A DNA stretch of 64,000 bases from Nitrospiraceae bacterium (GTDB lineage Bacteria; Nitrospirota; Nitrospiria; Nitrospirales; Nitrospiraceae): assembly GCA_039920585.1 (NCBI GenBank), contig JBDSDL010000084.1:184-64183 (forward strand). Reading direction: 5' to 3'. Of this stretch, positions 42,035 to 51,180 are shown piece by piece. The notes under the pieces were generated by a model. It was given only the letters and a program-made list of their open reading frames with translations. It made no database searches and was not told where the DNA came from. Position numbers and translations under genes: made by a program. Numbering within the stretch: position 1 is the stretch's first letter; each line of letters opens with the position of its first letter.

Positions 42035-42202
42035 CAGGATGCTAAAAAAGCCCACCAGCGGCGTTCTCGCATCGCTCAGACGCTCAACGTACCGAAGCGT
42101 ACGCCTCGCCTCTTCGCTCGCTGCGGCCTTGCCCGCGGAACGGCGCGTCTTGACGCGCCGGGGTTGGGCGGGTGAGAAGTCTGGACTTTTTGAGCATCCT
42201 GC
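42034..42202 (+). repeat. Long-stem palindromic intergenic repeat, copy C (long variant with 38-nt module)
   Basis: GCAGGATGCTAAAAAAGCCCACCAGC...CTCAACGTACCGAAGCGTACGCCTCG...CTCGCTGCGGCCTTGC, the module at 42142-42179, then GTCTGGACTTTTTGAGCATCCTGC. The first base is the G of the rng TAG stop. Confidence 0.88.
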
Positions 42203-42381
42203 GCGAGGTTTGTCTGTTGTCCTAGATGTGCGGGCCATTGAATTTCCACCGTGCCACAATAGTTTTTTCGCAGCCTGCTAAAGATTGTGGCTCTCATGCG
42301 ACAAGACGTATGCAATCGTTCAGCAAGTCTGTAGGTGTGGATTCCTCTGCTGAGGTCGCGGATCCTGCCTCCGTTCAACCC

Positions 42382-43500
42382 ATGACAAGACAGGTGTTAG
42401 AGTCATGGCTCCGCCTGCAGGCGATCGATGGAGTGGGAGACCTGACGGTGCTTCGATTAGTGCGCGCCTGGCATTCTCCCGATGCCGTTCTGCATGCTTC
42501 CCGTGATGAGTTGATTCAAAAGGGATGCAGTTCGCAGCTGGCGGATGCGATCCAACGCGGGCCTGATCGTTCTGCTTGTCGGAGCATCGAACGGGAACTG
42601 AAGGCGATCGAACGTGGGCGCATTGAAGTCCGGAGCCTCTTGGATCCTGGGTATCCCGCGCGGCTGAAGATGATTGCGGACCCTCCGCCGCTCCTGTACA
42701 TCACAGGCACATTGACTGAACAGGATGAGCTGGCGGTGGCCATCGTGGGCGCCCGGCGTGCGACGCCAGCCGGACGTGCCATGACAGAAGAGTTGAGCCG
42801 CGATTTAGCTGGAGCAGGTATGACGGTGGTGAGTGGGCTGGCGCGTGGGGTCGATGCAGCGGCCCATCGAGGCGCGCTCGCCGCACAGGGGCGCACCATT
42901 GCGGTGCTGGGCTGCGGGATCGATCGGACCTATCCGCCGGAGCATGAACGATTGCGCCGGCAGATTGAGGAGCAGGGGGCGGTTGTATCCGAGGTGCCGA
43001 TGGGTGCGCCGCCCCACAGCCATCACTTTCCTCGGCGAAATCGCATCATCAGTGGGTTATCGCTGGGCGTGATTGTGACAGAGGCGGCCATCAGCAGCGG
43101 ATCGCTGATTACCGCGAAGTTGGCCGCTGAGCAGGGCCGAGAGGTGTTTGCCGTTCCTGGTTTTGTGAAGGAAGATACCAGCCGCGGGACGAACGCACTG
43201 CTCAAGGAGGGTGCGGCCTTAATCGAACGCGCGCAGGATGTCATCGACGCGATCCTGCCGCAGCTGGAACCGGCGTTGCGCCTGCGCGTGCAGCCTTCTC
43301 GGGAGAAGCACGAACGCGGTGATCAGTTGGGCAAAGAGGAACAACAAGTGTATGACGCCCTGTCGTATGACCCGTTCACCGTGGACGACGTGATTGTTGC
43401 CACAGGGTTGTCGGTATCCATTGTGATGGCGGCGCTCTTGTCTCTTGAGCTTCGACAGCGAGTCAGGCAGCTGCCGGGACAGCGGTATCTTCGAACATAA
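42382..43500 (+). CDS. dprA: DNA processing protein DprA (Smf)
   Basis: ATG 42382. GARRATPAGR...VVSGLARGVDAAAHRGAL...AVLGCGIDRTYPPEH Rossmann-like DprA core. The upstream ORF portion lies in repeat C and was dropped. Confidence 0.92.
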   Translation: MTRQVLESWLRLQAIDGVGDLTVLRLVRAWHSPDAVLHASRDELIQKGCSSQLADAIQRGPDRSACRSIERELKAIERGRIEVRSLLDPGYPARLKMIADPPPLLYITGTLTEQDELAVAIVGARRATPAGRAMTEELSRDLAGAGMTVVSGLARGVDAAAHRGALAAQGRTIAVLGCGIDRTYPPEHERLRRQIEEQGAVVSEVPMGAPPHSHHFPRRNRIISGLSLGVIVTEAAISSGSLITAKLAAEQGREVFAVPGFVKEDTSRGTNALLKEGAALIERAQDVIDAILPQLEPALRLRVQPSREKHERGDQLGKEEQQVYDALSYDPFTVDDVIVATGLSVSIVMAALLSLELRQRVRQLPGQRYLRT

Positions 43501-43575
43501 TCGTCGAACAGTTGCACAGACTTGTATTATTTGATACGGATGAGTGGGCAATCCTTCTAGCGAACCGGAGTCTTC

Positions 43576-45927
43576 ATGGCCAAGGCACTTATTATTGTCG
43601 AGTCCCCGACGAAAGCGCGCACCATCAGCAAGTATCTGGGGCGTGGTTATACCGTCATGGCCTCGGTCGGCCATATTAAGGATCTTCCCACCAGCAAGCT
43701 CGGTGTTGACCTGGAGCACGATTTCGAGCCGCAATATGTGACGATCAAGGGAAAATCGAAGGTTCTGGCGGAGATTAAGAAAAAGGCAGAAGAGGTCGAC
43801 AAGGTGTTTCTCGCGCCGGACCCTGACCGGGAAGGCGAAGCCATTGCGTGGCATCTCGAGCAAGAATTGCTGGGCAAATCCAAGCCCAAGTCCAAGAAAA
43901 AGACCGAAGGCAAGGTTTTTCGGGTACTGTTTAACGAAATCACGGAATCGGCCATCAAGCGCGCGCTGCAGTCGCCGGGCCAGGTCGATATGAAATTGGT
44001 GAATGCGCAGCAGGCTCGCCGGGTGCTTGACCGGATTGTGGGGTACCAAGGCAGCCAGCTGCTCTGGACCAAGGTGCGCCGTGGGCTCAGCATGGGCCGG
44101 GTTCAGTCCGTGGCGATGCGGCTGATTTGCGAACGTGAACAAGAACGAGAAGCCTTTCGCGCTGAGGAATACTGGTCGATTGCGGTGATGTTGTCCGGGA
44201 CCAATCCCCCGCCATTCGAAGCCAAACTGCATAGCATTAATGGGCAGGATGCGTCGATTACGACAGAGATCGATGCCCAGCGCATTGTCTCGGCTGTTCA
44301 AGGGAAGGAGTTTGTCGTTGACTCGATTGAACGAAAAGAAAAGAAACGGAACCCTGTCGCCCCGTTCATCACCAGCCGGCTCCAACAGGAAGCGGCTCGC
44401 AAGCTGCATTTCTCATCAAAGAAAACGATGACCCTCGCGCAAAAGCTATACGAGGGGATCGAAATCGGAGCGGAAGGTCAGACCGGTCTCATTACCTATA
44501 TGAGGACCGACTCCCCGCGTATTTCGAATGAGGCGATGACAGAAGCGCGACAGGTGATCCAGGAGCGGTTTGGCGCAGAATATTTACCTGCCACGCCAAA
44601 CGTGTACAAGACGCAGAAAGCGGCTCAAGAAGCGCACGAAGCAATTCGCCCCACATCGGCGGCGCGCGATCCTGAGTCGATCCGGCAATACTTGGAGCCG
44701 GATATCTATAAGTTGTACCAGTTGATCTGGAACCGGTTTATCGCATCGCAGATGGTTCCTGCGATCCTCGACGTCACGCGAGTGGAGTCGAGCCCCGTCG
44801 AGACGAATGAGAAGTTTCTTTTCCGCTCAACCGGCACCGTGGTGAAGTTTCCCGGCCATACGATCGTCTACATGGAGGGGAGCGACAAGGAACTCTTTGC
44901 GCAGAAGCAAAAGAGCGAGCAGGAGGTCGAGGATGAGGCCGAGCGCCAGTTACCGGTTCTGAGCGAGGGAGAGCAGCTGCGGCTTGTATCCCAGGAGGGG
45001 CAGACGGTCTTCGGCGTGCTGTCGAAACAACACTTCACGCAGCCCCCGCCTCGGTATAACGAAGCCTTATTGATTAAGGAATTGGAAGAAAAAGGCATCG
45101 GCAGGCCATCCACCTATGCGAGCATCATTTCGACAATTCAAGACCGCAAATATGCTGAAAAGACGGAGGGACGGTTCGCTCCCACCGAAACGGGGCGAAC
45201 CGTGAACGATTTCCTGATGAAGGGATTTCCGGACCTGATCAACGTCGATTTCACCTCACATATGGAAATGGAACTGGACGAAGTCGAGGAAGGCAACAAA
45301 CCGTGGGTGACGGCGGTGCGGGAGTTTTACGGGACGTTCGCGACGGATCTGGAGAAGGCGAAGACGATTCCTGGCCCCAAGGACACCGTGGAGCCGCCGA
45401 CGGATATTGCTTGCGAGAAATGCGGTCGAATGATGGAGATTAAATGGGGGCGTAACGGCAAGTTTCTCGCCTGCCCTGCGTATAAGGACAAGCCTCCCTG
45501 CAAGAATACACAGAATTTTGAGAAACTCGAGGATGGCACCATTAAAATCGTTCCGAAGATTGAGTTGACGACGGATGAGAAGTGCGAGAAGTGCGGCAGT
45601 CCGATGGTGGTGAAGACCGGGCGGTTTGGAAAGTTCATCGCGTGCTCCGCCTATCCGGAGTGCAAGACCACCAAACCGCTCTCGCTTGGCGTGAAGTGCC
45701 CCCAGCCAGGCTGTGGCGGAGATCTTGTCCAGAAGCGTACGAGAAAAGGCCGTTCGTTCTTTGCTTGCAGTAAGTATCCGGCGTGCGAATATGCCTTGTG
45801 GGATCGCCCTATCAACAAGACCTGTCCGACCTGCAGCGCCCCGTTTCTCATCGAGAAAGTGAGCAAACAAGTCGGCCGCAGTGTCCAATGCCGTAGCGAA
45901 GAGTGTGGCTACCGCGAGGCAGGGTAA
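43576..45927 (+). CDS. topA: DNA topoisomerase I
   Basis: 783 aa. TOPRIM N-terminus (LIIVESPTKARTISKYLG), active-site region (ITYMRTDS), and four C-terminal C4 zinc ribbons. Confidence 0.97.
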   Translation: MAKALIIVESPTKARTISKYLGRGYTVMASVGHIKDLPTSKLGVDLEHDFEPQYVTIKGKSKVLAEIKKKAEEVDKVFLAPDPDREGEAIAWHLEQELLGKSKPKSKKKTEGKVFRVLFNEITESAIKRALQSPGQVDMKLVNAQQARRVLDRIVGYQGSQLLWTKVRRGLSMGRVQSVAMRLICEREQEREAFRAEEYWSIAVMLSGTNPPPFEAKLHSINGQDASITTEIDAQRIVSAVQGKEFVVDSIERKEKKRNPVAPFITSRLQQEAARKLHFSSKKTMTLAQKLYEGIEIGAEGQTGLITYMRTDSPRISNEAMTEARQVIQERFGAEYLPATPNVYKTQKAAQEAHEAIRPTSAARDPESIRQYLEPDIYKLYQLIWNRFIASQMVPAILDVTRVESSPVETNEKFLFRSTGTVVKFPGHTIVYMEGSDKELFAQKQKSEQEVEDEAERQLPVLSEGEQLRLVSQEGQTVFGVLSKQHFTQPPPRYNEALLIKELEEKGIGRPSTYASIISTIQDRKYAEKTEGRFAPTETGRTVNDFLMKGFPDLINVDFTSHMEMELDEVEEGNKPWVTAVREFYGTFATDLEKAKTIPGPKDTVEPPTDIACEKCGRMMEIKWGRNGKFLACPAYKDKPPCKNTQNFEKLEDGTIKIVPKIELTTDEKCEKCGSPMVVKTGRFGKFIACSAYPECKTTKPLSLGVKCPQPGCGGDLVQKRTRKGRSFFACSKYPACEYALWDRPINKTCPTCSAPFLIEKVSKQVGRSVQCRSEECGYREAG

Positions 45928-46090
45928 GCCGACTCTCCTCCATACGTCAAATTCCTTCCTACTATTCTAGCCCTGTCAACACAATCGATTGCCGAGCACC
46001 CCCCCGAGGCTCGCGTTCCGTTGTCCGCGAGATTGAGAACCAGTGTCGCCAGTGATGAAAATCAAACTCAAGGAGACTCGACCAACCAAG

Positions 46091-46119
46091 TTGACGAAGG
46101 CCTCGGACGTGTTGATAAT
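46091..46119 (+). promoter_or_regulatory. Sigma70-like promoter candidate for bfr with a half Fur-box over the -10
   Basis: TTGACG (46091-46096), 17 nt spacer, GATAAT (46114-46119). The -10 sits inside the palindrome TGTTGATAATGAAACAACA. Confidence 0.45.
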
Positions 46120-46204
46120 GAAACAACATGGAGCCGTTGGCAGTGAAAGTCTCTTCACCCAAAGCGCGTCCGAGGGCCTGGCAAATTTGAGAAAGGGGGA
46201 CACT

Positions 46205-46681
46205 ATGAAAGCGAAAGAAGGCGTCGTCAACATCCTCAATAAGATCCTGACCGCAGATCTGACGGCGATCAATCAATACTTCGTGCATGCCAAGATGTGC
46301 GAGAACTGGGGCTATGAACGACTCCATCACAAAGTGCGGGAGCGGAGCATCGCTGAGATGAAAGACGCCGACGAACTCATCGGCCACATTCTCTATCTTG
46401 ATGGTGTGCCGAACGTGCAACGTATGAATACTGTGCAGGTAGGAGAGACTGTTCCTGAGCAGCTCAAACTGGATCTGAAAGCCGAGCAAGAAATGCTCGC
46501 TTTGCTAAACGATGGCGTCGTGCATTGTACGAAGGTGACCGATTTCACCACGCGACACATGTTTGAGGACATGGCCAAAGACGTGGACCAACACATCGAT
46601 TGGATCGAGACGCAACTGGAAACGATCAAGCAGGTGGGCGTGGAGAACTACCTGGCGGAACAGATCAAAAAAGAGGCGTAA
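46205..46681 (+). CDS. bfr: Bacterioferritin
   Basis: ATG 46205 after GAAAGGGGGA. MKAKEGVVNILNKILTADLTAINQYFVHAKMCENWGY is a canonical Bfr N-terminus. Confidence 0.93.
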   Translation: MKAKEGVVNILNKILTADLTAINQYFVHAKMCENWGYERLHHKVRERSIAEMKDADELIGHILYLDGVPNVQRMNTVQVGETVPEQLKLDLKAEQEMLALLNDGVVHCTKVTDFTTRHMFEDMAKDVDQHIDWIETQLETIKQVGVENYLAEQIKKEA

Positions 46682-46765
46682 GCGTCCCACCACGTATCCC
46701 ACATTCTCCAATCCGTGTTTATCTGGGGAAAGTAAGGCGGGGAAGAAGAGAAGGCCTCCGCCAGC

Positions 46766-46795
46766 GGAGTGGGAGGGCACCACCCTTCCCACTCC
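46766..46795. terminator. 9-bp stem hairpin between convergent bfr and the CCP-like gene
   Basis: GGAGTGGGA (46766-46774) and TCCCACTCC (46787-46795). Confidence 0.4.
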
Positions 46796-46846
46796 GGTAC
46801 CAGTGTATCGGGCACCGCTGATTGTTCCTGATATTGATGGTTCTCC

Positions 46847-48613
46847 TTATTGATAGTCTTCATTCAGCGACTTGAGGAACGCCACAAGCGCCGCGACGTC
46901 GCCGGTTGCGAGTGCGATACCTTGGAGTTGCACCGCTCCGTTACGTAACGTTCCCGCACGGGCTAGATTCGAGGCATCGATATAAAAATTAATAATGTCA
47001 GTCAATGTGGCGAATTGACCGTTGTGCATATAGGGAGCGGAATGGCTTAAGTCGCGAAGGCCCGGTGTTTTGAATCTGGCGATAGCCCGATCCAGGAGGT
47101 CTGCATCGGATAGCGTGCACGGCACTTGGTCATCGCACAAGATAGTCTTAATTTTTTCTTGCGGGTTCGGCATATCTGGGTTAGCGAAGATGTTCCAGAG
47201 CCCCAAATCGGTCAGCGTAGTTCCTGCCGTGGGGATGGATCGGAACCGTTCGCTTGCGCCGGGATGTAACTCCGTTGCGGGGAGGTCATTGGCCGTTCTT
47301 ACGGGCGTAAGGATTAGGTGAGGGATGGGGAGTGCCGCGAATGACCCAGCTGCATGGCCTGCCCCTACCGAGGGATCGTCATACTCGCGTTGTGTGACGC
47401 CTGTATTGTGAAGCTTGAAGTCCGTAAAATTTGGTGCGGCATGGCAGGCGAGGCAGTTGCCGATTGCTCCTGCGGCCACTTCTGGCAGTGAGGCGGTTGG
47501 CGGAGTAGCCGGTTCCGCAAGAAATATCTTGAGTCCTGCTAATTCCGTCGCTCCAAATACGAATGGTTGAGTATGGAATTGGAATAGGCCGTTTCCTCGA
47601 TTTGGATTAGACGTCACGAACTGAGGACTAACTAATCCGTTCACGAGCGTCAGGAGGCGGCGGCTGTAATCGAGCGGAGTTTCGCCACTGGTCGGCTGAT
47701 GTGGGAGGCCGTTGCGACTCAAGAATACGTTGAACGGAGAGCGGATAAGATTGCCGGCATCGTCAGATTGCGAGAAGAGTAAGCCGTTGACGTAGGCCGC
47801 GACTACTTTCACAACCGCGTTGAAGATCTCCTGGTCGCTGGCTGATGCGATGAACACACGAAATTCAGGAGGCAGACGAAGTTCATCCGGAATGGATGGG
47901 TCGGCTCCGGTGAACAGGACGCGATAGGATAGTCCGTCGAATTGCTGAGCGATGTCTCCGCTGCCGTCGTCGTTCCGCATGACTTGTGCAATGTGATGGA
48001 TCGCTTCCGCTTTTTGCCCCGGTAACCAGCCGAAGTTCCGACCGGTGAATGTCCCGACGATGAGATCCTCCAACGTCGAAAATTCCCCATCAAAGTGAAA
48101 TAACGTTCCACCGGGTCTAGCGAGCGAGGCATTCACCAGCGGAGGAGAGTTGCGCGGCGCCATGAGTTTGCCATCCGGACGAGATGGAATTGGACTGCGG
48201 GAGGCGAAGTCTGTGTAGGTACGCATACCTCCACCAGAAATTCCCACAAATTCGTCAACGAAGTGGCAGGATCGACAATTCATGGACATTCCAGCAAATG
48301 GACTAGCGACGCCGGACGGATTACCACCGGGGAGTAACACCTTGGCTACGACAGGGTCGCCGACAGGGAGAGGATCATTCACGTTCCCGCCTGGCGGGAG
48401 ATGTGCCTTAAAGAATTGAGCAAAGCGGGTTTCGACGAACAGCCGTTCGCCGACGTCGGCTTGGGCTCCGGGTGTTCCTGTGGCTGCAACTGAAGGCGGC
48501 GGAGCACTGCTGTTTCCGGATCCACATCCGACGAGGAGAAGAGCGATGAAGATCCAAGATGATCTTCCGACGGCATGTGCGAGGACCGTGTGGCGACGGC
48601 AAAAAGGAAACAT
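46847..48613 (-). CDS. Di-haem cytochrome c peroxidase (CCP/MauG)-like lipoprotein, enlarged
   Basis: ATG 48613 lies 7 nt after GGGAGG. Lipobox LLVGC. Two CxxCH motifs (NCRSCH, NCLACH). CCP-type motif SAPYMHNGQFATL. Confidence 0.8.
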   Translation of the reverse strand: MFPFCRRHTVLAHAVGRSSWIFIALLLVGCGSGNSSAPPPSVAATGTPGAQADVGERLFVETRFAQFFKAHLPPGGNVNDPLPVGDPVVAKVLLPGGNPSGVASPFAGMSMNCRSCHFVDEFVGISGGGMRTYTDFASRSPIPSRPDGKLMAPRNSPPLVNASLARPGGTLFHFDGEFSTLEDLIVGTFTGRNFGWLPGQKAEAIHHIAQVMRNDDGSGDIAQQFDGLSYRVLFTGADPSIPDELRLPPEFRVFIASASDQEIFNAVVKVVAAYVNGLLFSQSDDAGNLIRSPFNVFLSRNGLPHQPTSGETPLDYSRRLLTLVNGLVSPQFVTSNPNRGNGLFQFHTQPFVFGATELAGLKIFLAEPATPPTASLPEVAAGAIGNCLACHAAPNFTDFKLHNTGVTQREYDDPSVGAGHAAGSFAALPIPHLILTPVRTANDLPATELHPGASERFRSIPTAGTTLTDLGLWNIFANPDMPNPQEKIKTILCDDQVPCTLSDADLLDRAIARFKTPGLRDLSHSAPYMHNGQFATLTDIINFYIDASNLARAGTLRNGAVQLQGIALATGDVAALVAFLKSLNEDYQ

Positions 48614-48632
48614 GATGAAACCTCCCGCACTT

Positions 48633-49349
48633 CTATTGTGAATCAAAGCAGTTTCTCGTCGTTGGTTCGACAAGATCTGAGCCTGGAATAGATTTCTGTA
48701 ATAGACAGAATGCTTGGACTAACTCCGGGTCAAATTGGGTGCCGGCTGCTACTCGGATAATTCTGAGGGCGATCCTGTTCCGCGTGACTCGGTTTGAAAC
48801 TTCGGGGATGCGGATGGCGTCGAAGGCGTCGGCAATCGAGAGTATTCTGGATCCAAGGGGGATGAATCTCCCCCTGATGCCGTACGGATAACCAGATCCG
48901 TCCCATCGTTCGTGATGGTGGGCAATGAGGACGGTAGCCTCTCGGAGGAAAAAGAACGGTTCGAGTAGCGACGCGCCAAGCCGAGGGTGGTTCTGCACGG
49001 TGACATAGGACTCTGGATTGAGATGGTTCGCTCCAATGGTGAGTTCGTGAGGAAGCATCAAGAGCCCGATGTCGTGGAGGAAGACCGCGAGTTTCAGATC
49101 GTGCAACTTGTCTGTTGTCAGGCCGATCGCTTGCCCGATCAACAATGAGATCGCAGCTGTGCGACGGCCATGACCGGCCTGCCAGGGGAGGGCGTGATCC
49201 AACTCCCTGCTCGCTTGCTGCACAAGGATACTTTGAACATCGCGGCGTGACGCCAAAGGGAGTCGGAGACGGTCGATCTTCTGGAGCAATGTCTGGATCG
49301 TGATGATCCCAGGATGAATGTGTTCAGAGATGTATTGTTGCATCATCAT
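48633..49349 (-). CDS. HD-GYP domain protein (putative c-di-GMP phosphodiesterase), stand-alone
   Basis: HDIGLLMLP and HHERWDGSGYPYG motifs. Start is ambiguous among ATGs at 49343-49349 and 49382. Confidence 0.85.
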   Translation of the reverse strand: MMMQQYISEHIHPGIITIQTLLQKIDRLRLPLASRRDVQSILVQQASRELDHALPWQAGHGRRTAAISLLIGQAIGLTTDKLHDLKLAVFLHDIGLLMLPHELTIGANHLNPESYVTVQNHPRLGASLLEPFFFLREATVLIAHHHERWDGSGYPYGIRGRFIPLGSRILSIADAFDAIRIPEVSNRVTRNRIALRIIRVAAGTQFDPELVQAFCLLQKSIPGSDLVEPTTRNCFDSQ

Positions 49350-49451
49350 TTCTCCAGGAAAACGAAGAGCCCAAAACCACATTGTGTGATCTTGGGCTCT
49401 GGGTGAAAAACCTCTGGCCGCAGTCTGTGTCGAGCGTGAGTGTGCGCTAGT

Positions 49452-49970
49452 TCATTCTTCTTTCCCGTGCTTTCCTGCCATCAGCGGCTGGTTCAAGACC
49501 CACATCTCGTACAGAGGGATGGTCATCATGATGAGAAACCCCACCGTCATAAGGGTATCGCCCGTCAGCATGGTCAAGACGAATATGGGGGAGACGTAGC
49601 TGATGAGCCAGGGAGAGACCAAGTCCAAAGTTACCCCACCGAATGAGATCCAGGTTGTGATGACTTTCAACCTGTTGCCGGCGCTGGTGAGATAGAGCAC
49701 ATGCACGAGAATCATAAACACGACCGGCATCGTAAAGAGGTGGAAGTGGGTTATTTCTGCCAGTTCCCTGAACGACATCGGTTCGCCGAATGTAGCATCC
49801 GACCCCCGGTAGTGACTGGCGATTCCTTGTGGAGACAGCCCGGTCATGCTGTGTGCCCAGAAGAATGAAAAGGTAAAGCCGGCCAGCATCAAGAGGAGAA
49901 AGAAGGTGTAAACCAGGCGGATGTGCCGGTCGGTGTCGCGGAGACGGAAGCGAGTGTTGAAATTGCGCAT
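49452..49970 (-). CDS. His-rich 4-TM membrane protein of unknown function
   Basis: 172 aa with four predicted TM helices. Histidines lie at or in the helices (WAHS, THFHLF, LVHVLY). No family recognised with confidence. Confidence 0.6.
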   Translation of the reverse strand: MRNFNTRFRLRDTDRHIRLVYTFFLLLMLAGFTFSFFWAHSMTGLSPQGIASHYRGSDATFGEPMSFRELAEITHFHLFTMPVVFMILVHVLYLTSAGNRLKVITTWISFGGVTLDLVSPWLISYVSPIFVLTMLTGDTLMTVGFLIMMTIPLYEMWVLNQPLMAGKHGKEE

Positions 49971-49994
49971 GGATGAGAATGTTGGCTACCCCTG

Positions 49995-50678
49995 TCAGTT
50001 TCCGAAGATGGAGCCGAAGATCCCCTGTTCAGATTTCTTTGCGGCCACCGTATCGCTGCCGAGCCCTGCCGGTTTCAAATAGAATTCATCGACGAGGACG
50101 AGCACGCGTTTGACGCCGGCGCTGATCGAACGAACCGACATGGTGGCGCCGCTGATGTTGATGATGTCTTTATTAATGCGAATGGGGTCGGACACCGTTT
50201 TGCCTTCATACTGCGCGTTGAATCGTTTTCTTCCGACATCGCTGCCCCTGGCCTCTCGAAACACCAACAACTCCACATCTGTACAGGCGCCTCTAGTATC
50301 GACCCCAACCATGTAGGTCATGTGTTTGTGTTTCCCAATGGTGTTGTGAACCATGGCGTAGCCGTCGATCTTGTCGCCTGTTTCACCGATATGCACGTCA
50401 AACGATTCTTCCGGGAATTTCCAGCCGATGCGCTGTTCGATCGCATCCTTCTTTTCCTGGCTCAGTCGAATAACGGCTTTGCGGATTCGCTCCGACTTGG
50501 GAAGCATGATTTTGACCGCATCTTCCTCGGTCATGAAGACTTCTGCGTGGTTCGTCTCTTCTTCTGTGAGATAGCGTTTGAGGTCGTTATCCCAGATGCG
50601 CTCGGCGGCGAACGCGTCAGTGGCCAATGCAAGCCCGATGAGTATCAGAAGAGAAGTGAATCTTACGTAAGCGAACAC
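49995..50678 (-). CDS. Exported FMN-binding (FMN_bind) domain protein
   Basis: Signal peptide (..ALATDAFA|AE). NISGATMSVRS matches the (S/T)GAT flavinylation motif of NqrC/RnfG/NosR-type ApbE substrates. GTG start. Confidence 0.8.
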   Translation of the reverse strand: MFAYVRFTSLLILIGLALATDAFAAERIWDNDLKRYLTEEETNHAEVFMTEEDAVKIMLPKSERIRKAVIRLSQEKKDAIEQRIGWKFPEESFDVHIGETGDKIDGYAMVHNTIGKHKHMTYMVGVDTRGACTDVELLVFREARGSDVGRKRFNAQYEGKTVSDPIRINKDIINISGATMSVRSISAGVKRVLVLVDEFYLKPAGLGSDTVAAKKSEQGIFGSIFGN

Positions 50679-51118
50679 CCGTGCTCCTTCAATTTGCTGT
50701 CGAGGCGGCTTTGGACATCGTAGATCACCTCATCTGACGGGTCTGTCGAGGCCCAGCCAAAGAGGCGCGAGCCGCCCCTAAAAACCCACCGTTGCCGCTC
50801 TTCGACAAAACTAATCTTGGTCACATCGTCGAGTCGTTTCACTGTGAGGGTAATACGGGACCGGTCTTTGCTCTCCGACACATCACGTTGAAGAATGCCA
50901 AAGGCTCGTCCTGATATCGGGATTTCCAGCCAGCTGGTGACAATCAGGCCTGCATCTTTATCTTTCGTGTCGATCGCGCGATCTTTCACTGCCTGAAGGG
51001 CAGCCTCCCAGGCATGGTCGTAGCTGCACACGGCAAATCGTTCCTGCATGCCGCCCATGAAGGCGCAGGCTGACAAAATCCCGGCCATTATAAGGAGGCT
51101 GAACTGAGGAATATACAT
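50663..51118 (-). CDS. Small lipoprotein of unknown function
   Basis: 151 aa with lipobox ILSAC. 16-nt overlap with the downstream FMN_bind gene. Confidence 0.6.
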   Translation of the reverse strand: MYIPQFSLLIMAGILSACAFMGGMQERFAVCSYDHAWEAALQAVKDRAIDTKDKDAGLIVTSWLEIPISGRAFGILQRDVSESKDRSRITLTVKRLDDVTKISFVEERQRWVFRGGSRLFGWASTDPSDEVIYDVQSRLDSKLKEHGCSLT

Positions 51119-51180
51119 GAGAAAATGACCAATTCTTGTCTGGTGCTCCCCACCAGGATGGTGAGGAGCACCAACGACGT

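Noticed and set aside
41829-42281. Idea that the long repeats encode a small protein (ORFs 8118-8327 and 41829-42281 read through them: ..LKKPTSGVLASLRRSTYRSVRLASSLAAAL..).
   Set aside because: Copies B, D and E carry no open frame of at least 60 aa, and indels shift frames between copies. One copy is inverted. Substitutions preserve base-pairing rather than codons.
43219-44409. 396-aa ORF on the minus strand.
   Set aside because: It is antisense to dprA and topA, has no recognisable motifs, and shows the same antisense-frame composition.
46043-46204. 54-codon N-terminal extension of bfr, considered as a possible Bfd-like or fused domain.
   Set aside because: It has no Cys residues or motifs. 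A promoter-like sequence (46091-46119) lies inside it, and ATG 46205 has a good SD and gives the canonical Bfr N-terminus.
46751-46765. AAGGCCTCCGCCAGCGG downstream of bfr, considered as another remnant of the long repeat left arm.
   Set aside because: Only about 10 nt resemble the CCGCCAGCGG arm/core junction, with no terminal GATGCT motif. It is too short to distinguish from chance.
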